Source of the DNA: a phage
Sequence record: PZ386971.1
Length of the DNA: 64,000 nt
Strand: one strand, 5' to 3'
Position 1 is the first letter of the stretch. Each line of letters begins with the position of its first letter. The notes below the pieces were generated by a model, which was not told the DNA's origin, did not search any database, and saw nothing but the letters and a program-made list of their open reading frames with translations. The position numbers and the translations under genes are program-made. Shown here piece by piece: positions 18,014 through 27,995 of the stretch.

Positions 18014-20770
18014 TTATGCCCTGATAATGGAATTTGAAATAACGTCCAAGTAATCCGAAGATTTTTCAATCGGGTTCAGGGCGCTTGGTTTGTAATTCTC
18101 TTTCAAGAACCGGACAACACGATGACGCTCGATGGTCAATCGGTTTTCCCGCCTTGCTTTCAATGACGGAGTCCTCGATATATCAAACGGTGTAAATCCA
18201 TGAAACCGCAACACATCCGAAGCGCATTCAAAGATCTGTAGCATCTGATGTTCTGAACGGAAGATCTTTTCGTCACGCTCGTTGGCGTACAAATTCACGT
18301 TAAGAGAATGTATTGTGTCCTGGAAATGGCTAAATCGACGCTTGTCATTGATTGAAACCGGGGCTTTCGCCAGGCTTTGGTAATGACGTACAGTCTGCTC
18401 ATCCAAGATATCGTCCACAACTTTCATTAACTTGTTGTAACGGCTGACCAATTTGCCATAACGATCGTCTTCAACATCACCAAACGCCTGATGAACCAGA
18501 TGGCTCCCGTATTTTAATCGATCCGCCCCAAGGCGCATGCGGCGGTATGATTCCAGTATGCGCTTGGCGCTATCGCGCTCCATCATAGGCTTCACGTTTT
18601 CCAACATGATCTTCAGGATTTCATCGATCGGTATGAAGACCTCTGGGAACTTCTTCATCATTGGCACGGATTTACGACGAGCCAAGAAGATTCGGTTGTG
18701 AACGTTCAACATATCGCTGATGTACACTGGCTTGCCTTCATCGTCGACACTGACTGCGTGCTCATACAGAGATTTACGAATACCCCGCGCCGCCGCAGTC
18801 GTCAACGTTCTGTCCATCACCTGATGGATACACGCATGGCCAGACACCTCAATATAGACGATGCGCTCGCCCTTGTTGATGATATCTGAGATCTGGTCGC
18901 CCGTTAGTTCTTCATACTGGTATATGTCGAAGTTGCTGCGCGTGAACGGAAACAGGCCGGGGTCTTTGGTGACCGGGGGCGTGACATACGACAGTTCGTT
19001 CATGAACTTGACTTCAGCAGGCTCCAACACCGCACTCAGCCAATCGACGAACTTGTCGGCGAAGCACAGATAATCAACCGTCGTTTCTTCTTTACCAATC
19101 CAAGTTTCAAAGAAATCATAGAGAGCCTGAGAATTCTTGAACGCAGGGTTGTCCTTAGATTGGTTGCGCTTGGTGACATAGGATGTGTTCGGTTTGGCCA
19201 CGATGACTATCGTCCCTGTATCTTTCAGCTGCTTGATCTTCAGGTTACGAGCACGAACACTATCTTCGATCACCACAGTAACATGCTGGCCGCGATCAAT
19301 CCACTTCTGGATTTCTGAAATGGTCAAATTACTGGACTCACCCCAGTCATAGAAGATCTCCATAGAGAACGGTGATGACAGCTCATTGAACGGCGCGGTA
19401 TGGTCATAATCGCGATCAATCTCAACAGGCAGCGGGTAACGGTAATATGAATCATGAAAGCGCTTGTCGGCCGGGTATTCCTTTTCAACCATCTTGCGGA
19501 ACCCACTGCCGAACATTTCACTCAGTTTTACCTTCTCCATATACAGGGCAAGAGGACCACGCTTACACGCCAGCTCCAGGTCACGCATCTTTTCTGTCAA
19601 GATTGCATTGGCGGTGCCCTTAAACTCCTCAGAGAGCGTCTCACGCGTGAATTCGTCATATGAAAGGTCTTCACGCGACGGTGGTACGTTCAGCGATCCA
19701 AGTTCGAAGAACGTATAGGACGATGGAAACTTGCTCATGATGGAAGCAGTGTCCGGGTCCAGCTGGTCCAGGTCAATCGGGTACGACACGCCACCCATTA
19801 CAGCATAATGGGTGTTCCCCTGGCCTTTCGGCTGGATGTACGTGTTGTTGACCTTGAAATCATAACTGATATCTTCCCAGCTGAAGCGGTATGAAGCGTT
19901 CTCAACAATTGGACGTTGTTCAGGGCGCATAACACGACCAAGACGGACCAGTTCATCGGAGAATGCAGAGAAACGAGCGTTCTTCACCGGGATCTTCACC
20001 GTCATACCGTTGAACTCATCGGTGTCTTCCGGTTTAGGATCACGGGTTTCAAGATCTTTGGTGATCAGATCAACAGTCGGGATGCGCTTGGCATTCAGGT
20101 ACATCAGGAAGCGATGGAGTTTACCGTCCATGCGGCTTTCCACAGTGAACGAATCCGATACCGCAAATGGTGATTTGGAGCCAAGACCGAATGCCCCAAT
20201 CTGATCATCATCTTCTTCCTTCGTACTGTGGAAGAGAGTGGTATACAACCCAGGCGTACGAATGATTTCACCATCTTCGCGACGGAACACTAGACCACCA
20301 TTATAGAACGCAGGCACGCCGATGACCTCAGCTGAGTCAGGGATCTCGTCTTCCTTGACCACCATGTTGCCTTCCAGCAGCACTTCATCTTCCTGCGCTG
20401 GGATAGGCTCGCCAATGATCTTCTCGAGTGGTAGACCGATGCCGTAATCACGGATTTCCAGCCATGGCTCAAAGTCATCAGGCAGATGCACAACAACCTG
20501 CTTACCCTTCGGTGCAAGGTATTTGCTATGGCGGGCAGGAGGCGGAGTGAGAGGCGCGTAGTGGGATGCTACCATACGGTGCATACGATCACGCATGCCA
20601 TGGGAGTCGATGGCGTTACAGACGGTTTCGCGCAGGGCTGCAGCCTCTTTGTAACGATACAATGATGAGAACAGAGTCTCAAACATCTTATCGTTCATCT
20701 TCACGTTGAACGCCTGCCCCTGAATGGAAGACGACGAGCGGATAAAGTGCTCGGACTTGCGCATTTTCAT
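18014..20770 (-). CDS. rIIA-like protein (GHKL/Bergerat ATPase domain)
   Basis: GHKL-type motifs ETVCNAIDSHG and GAFGLGSKSPF in N-terminal third of a 918-aa ORF. Confidence 0.6.
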   Translation of the reverse strand: MKMRKSEHFIRSSSSIQGQAFNVKMNDKMFETLFSSLYRYKEAAALRETVCNAIDSHGMRDRMHRMVASHYAPLTPPPARHSKYLAPKGKQVVVHLPDDFEPWLEIRDYGIGLPLEKIIGEPIPAQEDEVLLEGNMVVKEDEIPDSAEVIGVPAFYNGGLVFRREDGEIIRTPGLYTTLFHSTKEEDDDQIGAFGLGSKSPFAVSDSFTVESRMDGKLHRFLMYLNAKRIPTVDLITKDLETRDPKPEDTDEFNGMTVKIPVKNARFSAFSDELVRLGRVMRPEQRPIVENASYRFSWEDISYDFKVNNTYIQPKGQGNTHYAVMGGVSYPIDLDQLDPDTASIMSKFPSSYTFFELGSLNVPPSREDLSYDEFTRETLSEEFKGTANAILTEKMRDLELACKRGPLALYMEKVKLSEMFGSGFRKMVEKEYPADKRFHDSYYRYPLPVEIDRDYDHTAPFNELSSPFSMEIFYDWGESSNLTISEIQKWIDRGQHVTVVIEDSVRARNLKIKQLKDTGTIVIVAKPNTSYVTKRNQSKDNPAFKNSQALYDFFETWIGKEETTVDYLCFADKFVDWLSAVLEPAEVKFMNELSYVTPPVTKDPGLFPFTRSNFDIYQYEELTGDQISDIINKGERIVYIEVSGHACIHQVMDRTLTTAAARGIRKSLYEHAVSVDDEGKPVYISDMLNVHNRIFLARRKSVPMMKKFPEVFIPIDEILKIMLENVKPMMERDSAKRILESYRRMRLGADRLKYGSHLVHQAFGDVEDDRYGKLVSRYNKLMKVVDDILDEQTVRHYQSLAKAPVSINDKRRFSHFQDTIHSLNVNLYANERDEKIFRSEHQMLQIFECASDVLRFHGFTPFDISRTPSLKARRENRLTIERHRVVRFLKENYKPSALNPIEKSSDYLDVISNSIIRA

Positions 20771-20844
20771 AGTATAGAAATCCTATCAAGTCAAAGGGAA
20801 ACATATTGGTTGAGTGGGTATAATACGGTGGGCGTCTTCAATTG

Positions 20845-20872
20845 AAAAAGCCCTCGGCTGAGGGCTTTGTTC
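20845..20872. terminator. intrinsic terminator hairpin (bidirectional)
   Basis: agccctc-ggct-gagggct hairpin with A-run upstream and TTTGTT downstream. Confidence 0.5.
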
Positions 20873-20875
20873 AGA

Positions 20876-21223
20876 TCAATCTTCGGTGGCAAATCGCGCC
20901 TGGAAGTCGAATGTTGGGCGCTGGGCACCAGGTTCCAACTTCTCTTCCAGATAGCCGATGATGGTGCGGGTGACCGACACAGGCTCTTTGCGTGGGTTGA
21001 CTGGAGTAGCCAGCGCGATGATAGAGGACTGCTGCTCTTCTACACGCGTGTATTCCACATTGAAGTGATAGCGAGAACCAAAGGCCGCCACTTCGACTTC
21101 AACGATTTGTAGATCTTTCAGGTCAGTGCTGCTCAGGGTTCCCACGTTCAACTGTGAGCGCAGGTGCTCAACAATGTTGGAGTACACATACTGTGGGGTG
21201 ATCAGCTGTTCAATAGAACTCAT
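20876..21223 (-). CDS. hypothetical protein
   Basis: 115-aa ORF. Confidence 0.45.
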   Translation of the reverse strand: MSSIEQLITPQYVYSNIVEHLRSQLNVGTLSSTDLKDLQIVEVEVAAFGSRYHFNVEYTRVEEQQSSIIALATPVNPRKEPVSVTRTIIGYLEEKLEPGAQRPTFDFQARFATED

Positions 21224-21364
21224 AACATATCCTCTACTTTTTGGGTTCGGTTTTACTTAATCGAGCGACCTCTGCTCGAAGGAAGATTATCTCGTCGGTC
21301 ATCAAACATCACCCATGATCTGGCCAACTTTGGATTGCCTACAGAAAGATCCTTCAGGCGCTCC

Positions 21365-21565
21365 TCACTTACGTTTGCGCTTGTTCTTTCCATAGGTCTT
21401 CGCCTTCTTCTTGCGGGTTACAGATGGACGACCATGTCCCGGTTCGCCGGGTGTGCCACCCTGAGTGTAACGACGCCCCCACATATCATCACCACGATGC
21501 GCGGCGACGATTTCCATTTCTGACAGCGCTAGCATAGCAGCAACAGCCGCAGATGATTTCTTCAT
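21365..21565 (-). CDS. small protein with hydrophobic N-terminal leader and Lys/Arg-rich tail
   Basis: 66 aa; N-terminal MKKSSAAVAAMLALSE; C-terminal RKKKAKTYGKNKRKRK. Confidence 0.4.
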   Translation of the reverse strand: MKKSSAAVAAMLALSEMEIVAAHRGDDMWGRRYTQGGTPGEPGHGRPSVTRKKKAKTYGKNKRKRK

Positions 21566-22017
21566 TTCGTTTCCCCCTTGGCAGCATAGGACAGTGCCTG
21601 AACAATCATTACAGCCAGATCGATCGGCGAGTAGGTGCTGTTCAGATCTTCTCGAACACTCTGCTCGATTTCTTCATCAGACTGGACCACAGGACAGTTC
21701 TTCCCCTGGCGACGGCGTTCTGTGTTGATCATATCACGCAGGAGCAGATCGGTGAAGGAGTACTCGTCAAAGTTCTCCAGGTATTTCTGAATCCCAGTGG
21801 ATACAGGGGTTGGCTCCGGTTCCTGTTCCCCAGGATCTTTCAGGGCAGCAACAGTGGCATCAATATCCCACAGAGGGTTCAGCAGTAACAGAAGATTAAC
21901 TGTTTCTCCTGACTCTGAAGTCGGGTTCTTTCCCAGCACCTTGTACAGATTCTTCAGGGTGCTGTCGAAGGTCAGAACGGTCTGCGCCAGTTCTTCATAA
22001 GTTGGTTTGGTAGTCAT
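21562..22017 (-). CDS. hypothetical protein
   Basis: 151-aa ORF. Confidence 0.45.
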   Translation of the reverse strand: MTTKPTYEELAQTVLTFDSTLKNLYKVLGKNPTSESGETVNLLLLLNPLWDIDATVAALKDPGEQEPEPTPVSTGIQKYLENFDEYSFTDLLLRDMINTERRRQGKNCPVVQSDEEIEQSVREDLNSTYSPIDLAVMIVQALSYAAKGETK

Positions 22018-22080
22018 CAGCGTTTGCTCCGGCGTTTGTTCTTCATCTTTCTTGGCTTGTCTGTCATGTTCCTGTCCACG

Positions 22081-22116
22081 AAAAAGGGATAGAGCAATAA
22101 TACCCTATCCCCTTTT
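22081..22116. terminator. intrinsic terminator hairpin
   Basis: gggatag...ctatccc stem flanked by AAAA and CTTTTATT. Confidence 0.4.
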
Positions 22117-22128
22117 ATTGAAGAACGA

Positions 22129-22542
22129 TTAGTCTTCAGATTCTACTTTGCCGCCTCGTAGATCCCGAACTGGTTTACCGTCCGGTGCCATCACATAAAT
22201 GGTGTTGATTGTCTCAAACCAAGACAGCTGGTCAACACCCTCGGTGTATGGAGTCACCGGAACAGAAGTCTTGACCTCTTTGCCTTTCGTGTTCGGATGT
22301 TCAACCACATCCAAGAACGCACATTTCCCGCTCGGAAGGATAACACCATCAGTAAACAGCACGATCTTCTTGCGAGGGTTGCTGGCCTCACCCAGGCACA
22401 CCACCAGATGATGGATCATCTCGGGGCGGTCAATCAACAAGTCGTCTTTGATAATCCCTTGCTTGATAGCAGAGATCACCACTTCATCCAACAGAGCCTG
22501 CTGTTGGTCCAGTGTCAGGGATTCAGTGAGTTTCACGCTCAT
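22129..22542 (-). CDS. hypothetical protein
   Basis: 137-aa ORF. Confidence 0.45.
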   Translation of the reverse strand: MSVKLTESLTLDQQQALLDEVVISAIKQGIIKDDLLIDRPEMIHHLVVCLGEASNPRKKIVLFTDGVILPSGKCAFLDVVEHPNTKGKEVKTSVPVTPYTEGVDQLSWFETINTIYVMAPDGKPVRDLRGGKVESED

Positions 22543-22546
22543 GACA

Positions 22547-23116
22547 TCAGCCTTTGAAGTTAATCGGTTTCTGAATACCAGCGTCGAACGCGGCCTGGGT
22601 ACGGGTATCGCTCACCACCTGGCAAGTCTTGTCAAGGTCGATGCGCGGGTAGCCGAACATGCCAGCAATCAACGAACCAGGGAACTGAGCCAGCTTGGTT
22701 TCGTATATTGTGCAGATATCCAGCTTCTTGGTCTGGCTGATGCGGAATTCATCACGCCCAGAACTGATCACCACCTGGATCTCTTTGTACAGGCTGGAAT
22801 CGAACTGAATATTCTGCTCCTGGATCCACTGCATGACGGCCTTGGAACCATCAGCGCCATAACGCCCTTCGAACGTGCCTTTGATCACTTCCTTCAGACC
22901 GTCTTTATACATGTCAGGAATCTGCGCCGTCTCCTGAACTTTGAGCGTGTAGTTGCTCAGGTAGTTCTCGGAGTCTTTGTTGAACTTCCTAACCTGCTGC
23001 TCAGTGCGGTTGAAGTCGTTGAAGTAGCTGATGACTGTACCGATGCCGAGAATCACTACACCCAGCAAAGCCAAACCAATTATCCAACCTGTTGCAATAC
23101 CCTTAGATTGAGACAT
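22547..23116 (-). CDS. LemA-family membrane protein
   Basis: N-terminal TM helix then soluble domain ending in FPGSLIAGMFGY, resembling the conserved LemA C-terminal motif. Confidence 0.5.
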   Translation of the reverse strand: MSQSKGIATGWIIGLALLGVVILGIGTVISYFNDFNRTEQQVRKFNKDSENYLSNYTLKVQETAQIPDMYKDGLKEVIKGTFEGRYGADGSKAVMQWIQEQNIQFDSSLYKEIQVVISSGRDEFRISQTKKLDICTIYETKLAQFPGSLIAGMFGYPRIDLDKTCQVVSDTRTQAAFDAGIQKPINFKG

Positions 23117-23134
23117 TCTTACTTCCTCTTTTGA

Positions 23135-24247
23135 TTAAAAATTAAACGGATAACGACGACCACCATTGTACTCCATTCGCTGCAATATGAAAATTGCGGT
23201 GAATGGTAAGCAACCCAGCAGAACAATAACCACAACTTCCCAGGTCTTGAGTTCCCGCCACTTCAGGTACTCCATTTCCTTCATCTCAACGCGGTTGTAG
23301 CCTTTGGTGATGTTAGCGACAACATCAGCCATGACACCGACGCCCATGTCGTGGCCTGTGAGAGTCATGCCATTGCGAGAGTGTAGTTCACGGTTATACA
23401 TACCATCAGCGAACGAAGTGCTCTTACCCCAGTTGATCTTCAGATCTTTGCTGATGTCGGTCACGACGATAACGTCGTTCTTTTTACCACCATCCCAAGC
23501 ATAGACCAAGCCCTGGAAGTATTCAACTGGCTGACCGGATGTCACAACCCAGACGATATTGACCTGACGTGAAGCACCTAATGTTTTCAGAGTATTGTTC
23601 AGATAGTCGTTCCAGTATGTGGTCGGTAACGCCAGGCCGGACACATTCAACACACGAGTGACACGATAGTAGTCATAGACCTCAGGGTACTTGGGAATCT
23701 TGTCTTTGAAGCGCTCAGCAAACTGCTGGTCCGAGCGAGAGAACAGAGAGTCCTTGTTACCCAGCACATAGTTCATGTAGGAATGCTCACGGGCTGCGGG
23801 TTCGCCGATCTGAACCTGCGCCCAGCGCGGCGGTTGACCAAGACCACGGCGATCAATACGGTCAATCGTCAGATTACCGACAGTAGTCAACACATCCCAG
23901 TCCACGTCATATGAATGCTCATAACATGTACTGCAATGGCGAGTGCGGGTACAGGACTTGCTACTGCCGGAGCCAGAGCACGATGTGGTGTAGTAGCAGT
24001 TGCATTCATATGAATGCTCACAGCTCACCTTATTCCGCTCCTTTGCAGTGACGTACCCGTTCAGGATCTCAACATCCCCTGAACTGCCAAGGGAGAACGC
24101 AGCATAAGCCCCCGCCTGAATCAGACAGGATAGCACCACTACAATCGCGGTCGCTATCAGAGTCTCTTTCGGCTCATGGGTCTTGCGGTGGTAGGCCACA
24201 AACAGGATAGCCAGTACCAATGGCACACCAAACAGGAGGTAGATCAT
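23135..24247 (-). CDS. membrane protein with N- and C-terminal TM helices and Cys-rich extracytoplasmic domain
   Basis: 370 aa; hydrophobic helices at both ends; Cys-rich segment CEHSYECNCYYTTSCSGSGSSKSCTRTRHCSTC; adjacent to LemA-like gene. Confidence 0.5.
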   Translation of the reverse strand: MIYLLFGVPLVLAILFVAYHRKTHEPKETLIATAIVVVLSCLIQAGAYAAFSLGSSGDVEILNGYVTAKERNKVSCEHSYECNCYYTTSCSGSGSSKSCTRTRHCSTCYEHSYDVDWDVLTTVGNLTIDRIDRRGLGQPPRWAQVQIGEPAAREHSYMNYVLGNKDSLFSRSDQQFAERFKDKIPKYPEVYDYYRVTRVLNVSGLALPTTYWNDYLNNTLKTLGASRQVNIVWVVTSGQPVEYFQGLVYAWDGGKKNDVIVVTDISKDLKINWGKSTSFADGMYNRELHSRNGMTLTGHDMGVGVMADVVANITKGYNRVEMKEMEYLKWRELKTWEVVVIVLLGCLPFTAIFILQRMEYNGGRRYPFNF

Positions 24248-24630
24248 TTGGATTCACCGACGAGCTGCGCCTTGGTCATCCCAAGGAGTTGATCTTTATG
24301 CTCAGGATTGGCACCGTTCTTTAACAACAAATCCCAACGCTCTTCATGGTACTGTGGGTCCAGTGCTTCATCAAATGTGATGTGGTGGCGGAACATAACA
24401 GTTGCCACTGAATGGACACAATGAGCGGTTGCACGCTTCAGAGTATGCTCTGATGTGATGTGCTTTTGGTATTCAATCCCCATCAAATCCAGTTCTCTGA
24501 AAAGACAAGATAATGACAGGACACCCTGCGAATGCAACGCGACGATAGTGTCTTTCTTAGGGTGCAGCATACCATCTGTTTCTTTCATGAACAGATCATA
24601 CAGATACTGCTTGTATTCAGACTGTGTCAT
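24244..24630 (-). CDS. hypothetical protein
   Basis: 128-aa ORF. Confidence 0.45.
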   Translation of the reverse strand: MTQSEYKQYLYDLFMKETDGMLHPKKDTIVALHSQGVLSLSCLFRELDLMGIEYQKHITSEHTLKRATAHCVHSVATVMFRHHITFDEALDPQYHEERWDLLLKNGANPEHKDQLLGMTKAQLVGESK

Positions 24631-24700
24631 TTAGATTCTCCCATGACGAGTAGAGACATATCTTCAATTCGTTGTATTGCCATGATGTAGATCCTTGCAA

Positions 24701-24743
24701 AAAGAAAGGGGAACGGGCTAATATTAACCCATTCCCCTTTATT
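24701..24743. terminator. intrinsic terminator hairpin
   Basis: ggggaacggg...cccattcccc stem flanked by A-rich and T-rich runs. Confidence 0.4.
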
Positions 24744-24970
24744 GAAGAACGCAATCCGCAGTCAGATTACTTTTTCTTCAGCTCTTCCAGCTTGGCTTCA
24801 ATTTGGTCCAGAATCTCTTTACCTTTCTGGACGATGGCTTCACCATCTTGCGCGTGTTTACGGAAGACCAAAGCACCAGCGATGAAGCCGACAACCGCGC
24901 CAGGAAGCGCATAAACCAGCAGATCTTGTAACATGATAATATCCTCGCTTTATAGGCGAGGATATTTATA

Positions 24971-26206
24971 TCAGCGTTTCAAGAGTGCCATGAGGTTGAC
25001 GCTGCTGGACTTCGGCTTGTCCTCAACCTTGCGCACAGGCATCTTCAGGTTCGTACATACCTCGGATGGCTCCCAGCGCGTACCCTTTTGCAGGTGCCAG
25101 ATATGCAGAGGAACACCAGTCTCAAAGAACACAGGCATCTTCCACTTCTGGACGCCTGGAACGTGCCCTGCAGGAGCCTTTTCGCACAACAGGGTATCTG
25201 GCAGCCAGAGCGAACGGGCTTCCCAGAGCGCTGCGCAGGAGTATTCAGGCCAGACGCGTTCCATGTAGTCTATTTCATCCCAGGTACGCTCTGCGTCCCA
25301 CCCGATGTAACGGGTATTCTTCAGTCGGAAGAATTTCTTCAGCCAACAAGCACCGGAGGTTTCAAAGTTCAGACGGTTGATGAACGTCAGGTGTCCGAAC
25401 TCAGCCACACAATCCTGGAACGCCTGCTCAAGGTCGGCCTCAAGGATGTCACACTCTTCATCCGTGATAGGGCAACCGTTGATCTTTTTCTTCCCGTGTT
25501 TAGTCACCCAATCGTCACGGTTGGACAAGAACGCCGCGCCATTACGGTTGGACTCGCTTCCATCACGATCACGCAGCATGAAGCCAGGGACGTCAATGGT
25601 GTATTCGTTCCCGAAGACCATGTTCAGGGCTTCCAGGAAGTTCCAGGCGCTCAGGCGACCGAAGTATTTCCAGGACATCGCCGTGTCCCACAGCTGGGTG
25701 AATTGTTCTGTCTTATCGATGCACACCAACATCCCACGGAAAGCGTCATATTGAGTACGGCCAGCCAGCCAGTCAATATAGGACTGAACACACGGAATCA
25801 TCTTGGACTTGCGGTAGCGGCAATCGGTATCGAATCGCATGCGATCAAAGTTCAGATTATACCAATCAGAGAAGCGCTGCATCTCTTCCTTAGACTGAGG
25901 CGGCACAGGGAACTCACTGTAGATCGTCCACGGCCCGACGGCGTTATAGCAACAACCCCACAGGAATGCCATCCAGATCTTGCGCTCGACTTTCTGTTCG
26001 AGGCTGATGCCTTCAGTGACTTCGATCGCATAGTCCATCAGACGCATCTGCTGGTTGTGCTCTTCTGTGTAGGACAGCGCCTCCACCCAAGCCTTGAGCA
26101 GGTACATGCGATTCTCAGGCTTGCGATAATCAACAGCCAGGTCAATCGGGTACTTCCATTCAGCCGGAGGTGTATAGCCCGTCGGCATTTTAGATAAATG
26201 ATGCAT
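24971..26206 (-). CDS. putative alpha-glutamyl/putrescinyl-thymine pyrophosphorylase-like protein (function tentative)
   Basis: 411-aa Trp/Tyr-rich ORF with protein-like composition; the antisense ORF is Arg/Leu-rich; function inferred from neighbourhood. Confidence 0.4.
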   Translation of the reverse strand: MHHLSKMPTGYTPPAEWKYPIDLAVDYRKPENRMYLLKAWVEALSYTEEHNQQMRLMDYAIEVTEGISLEQKVERKIWMAFLWGCCYNAVGPWTIYSEFPVPPQSKEEMQRFSDWYNLNFDRMRFDTDCRYRKSKMIPCVQSYIDWLAGRTQYDAFRGMLVCIDKTEQFTQLWDTAMSWKYFGRLSAWNFLEALNMVFGNEYTIDVPGFMLRDRDGSESNRNGAAFLSNRDDWVTKHGKKKINGCPITDEECDILEADLEQAFQDCVAEFGHLTFINRLNFETSGACWLKKFFRLKNTRYIGWDAERTWDEIDYMERVWPEYSCAALWEARSLWLPDTLLCEKAPAGHVPGVQKWKMPVFFETGVPLHIWHLQKGTRWEPSEVCTNLKMPVRKVEDKPKSSSVNLMALLKR

Positions 26207-26567
26207 CTTTCGCTTCCTCTTCAGGAGCCACAGCTTCAGGCTCGGGAGCCAACTGAATGTCTTCTGGTTTCACAAACCCCATCGGACGTTCCCACATATC
26301 GATGAAGCGGCGGTCGGCGGTCACAAACCAAAGACGGGCTGCAGTGTGGGTCTTACCCGAGATGAACATCTGGGCATTCGTCTGGGTACGGAACGGAGCC
26401 GCCTGCAACCACTTACCGAAGTCTTTGGACGACGGATTGGCATTCAGCTGGAACTGAGGGATGACGCAGTTCTTTTCAGGAATAAGGCGCACGGCAGTAA
26501 TGTGCTTGGCGTTTCCGGTGTAGTCAATCGCAACAGCCACAGCATCGCGAGGGATTTGAATTTTCAT
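26190..26567 (-). CDS. hypothetical protein
   Basis: 125-aa ORF. Confidence 0.45.
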   Translation of the reverse strand: MKIQIPRDAVAVAIDYTGNAKHITAVRLIPEKNCVIPQFQLNANPSSKDFGKWLQAAPFRTQTNAQMFISGKTHTAARLWFVTADRRFIDMWERPMGFVKPEDIQLAPEPEAVAPEEEAKDASFI

Positions 26568-26767
26568 TTTGGTTCCTTGAATATTTTATAGCCAGCAGCG
26601 CCGATAGCCATAATCGCGCCGATACAATACAACATGGTCAGGTTCATCTTCTCTGAGGTTGTTAAGTCCAGAGGGGTGAAATGATAGGCTAGGGCAGTAC
26701 ACATTGAAACGGCTGCCATAACCAGACCAATGAACAACAGATAATTAGACAACCGTTTCATGATCAC
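26564..26767 (-). CDS. small membrane protein
   Basis: 67 aa, two hydrophobic helices. Confidence 0.4.
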   Translation of the reverse strand: MIMKRLSNYLLFIGLVMAAVSMCTALAYHFTPLDLTTSEKMNLTMLYCIGAIMAIGAAGYKIFKEPK

Positions 26768-27681
26768 CCCTTCTTCATCAGGTCAAGGAGAGAGCGCGAC
26801 GCTGCCTTCGTTGCTTCTGGCTGGGCGCTCGCCTTGGTTTTAGTTTTGGATGCCTTCTGCGGCTTCTCAGGGACTCTGTGCGCCAAAGGATCCTGGCCGC
26901 CGATTTCACGAGTCATCGGATTGGTTTCACAGTAGGCGTAGAAGTCTTTGGTGTCCATGTTAACTTCACGCAGTTCGGACCGTATCTGATGACAAATCGC
27001 ATTACCCACAACCCACAGCGGGGCGTCGTATGGGAGCACCGCCAACTCGGACTGCTGTTTGGTCGTGAACTCCTGGGTGTTGGTCTCTGGCGCTTTATAC
27101 AGGATATCCTGTCCGCTGTAATCATCAACAGCCACAGTGAAGCCCAGCGCCAGCATTTCGGCCTTCGACTTCTCAAACTCCTTGGAGTAAGATTCGTTGC
27201 GTGACCAGCCGGAGTTCCCTGCTTCTTTACCAGATCGACCACGGATACGAGCATCGTACTGATAGCGGTCGGGGTACGCAAAGTACAGCAGCGCCAATGA
27301 TTCAATCGGATAGTTCTTGAACATCCATTCAGGACGCCATTTGTCCGACAGCATGAGGGGTTCACCCTCACACACCAGAGTGTATCCCTGAACCAACCAG
27401 CACTTGATTAGATCACGAGCAATATCGCCTGAGCCTGTAGCAGCATGGATTGCATCCATTGAAGTCCAGGAAGCCAGGCCGGATTTGTTAGACACGGTGT
27501 ACTGTCCAACGAAGATTAACTTCAGCTCTCCGAACTTCAGGCCAAACGGGCGAGTCTTGTCACCAACGGTGTAGGTCAGTTCGGTAGGCTCCAGCTTCGT
27601 ACGGAGCCATTCGATGAACTGGACCACTCTCGTACCCTTGCCCGTGGCCGAGGTGCCTTTCACTACGATAATTTTTGCCAT
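26764..27681 (-). CDS. P-loop kinase (candidate 5-hydroxymethyl-dU DNA kinase)
   Basis: Walker A GTSATGKGT at N-terminus; 305 aa. Confidence 0.55.
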   Translation of the reverse strand: MAKIIVVKGTSATGKGTRVVQFIEWLRTKLEPTELTYTVGDKTRPFGLKFGELKLIFVGQYTVSNKSGLASWTSMDAIHAATGSGDIARDLIKCWLVQGYTLVCEGEPLMLSDKWRPEWMFKNYPIESLALLYFAYPDRYQYDARIRGRSGKEAGNSGWSRNESYSKEFEKSKAEMLALGFTVAVDDYSGQDILYKAPETNTQEFTTKQQSELAVLPYDAPLWVVGNAICHQIRSELREVNMDTKDFYAYCETNPMTREIGGQDPLAHRVPEKPQKASKTKTKASAQPEATKAASRSLLDLMKKG

Positions 27682-27986
27682 TACACAGCATCCTCAATAC
27701 GCCAGCTCACGCCGCCCAGCCAAGGTGCCCAGAACACAGCAACCTGCGGACGACCGTTTTCTTCAAACTTAACTTTATACTGGTCGTCGAAGTTATAGAA
27801 GATTTCATCCGATTCAGAGCGCTGGCCGATCTTCACCAGTACATCATGAAGAGCCTTGGCTGCGCCGATAGGAGTTGGAGTCTCCTGCTGACGAATGAAG
27901 TTGTTCACATGGTTAATCACGCCATCCATGTCGCTGTCACCGGAACGCTTGTCTGGGGTTTCCCCGAACTTATTCTGATCTTGCAC
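27681..27986 (-). CDS. hypothetical protein
   Basis: 101-aa ORF. Confidence 0.45.
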   Translation of the reverse strand: MQDQNKFGETPDKRSGDSDMDGVINHVNNFIRQQETPTPIGAAKALHDVLVKIGQRSESDEIFYNFDDQYKVKFEENGRPQVAVFWAPWLGGVSWRIEDAV

Positions 27987-27995
27987 GATGTCCTC

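Noticed and set aside
22448-23134. 228-aa plus-strand ORF
   Set aside because: Antisense to the LemA-like gene and its upstream neighbour.
25088-26197. 369-aa plus-strand ORF
   Set aside because: Antisense to the 411-aa minus-strand ORF; the plus-strand product is Arg/Leu/Val-rich and low-complexity, typical of a non-coding shadow frame; minus strand fits the operon.
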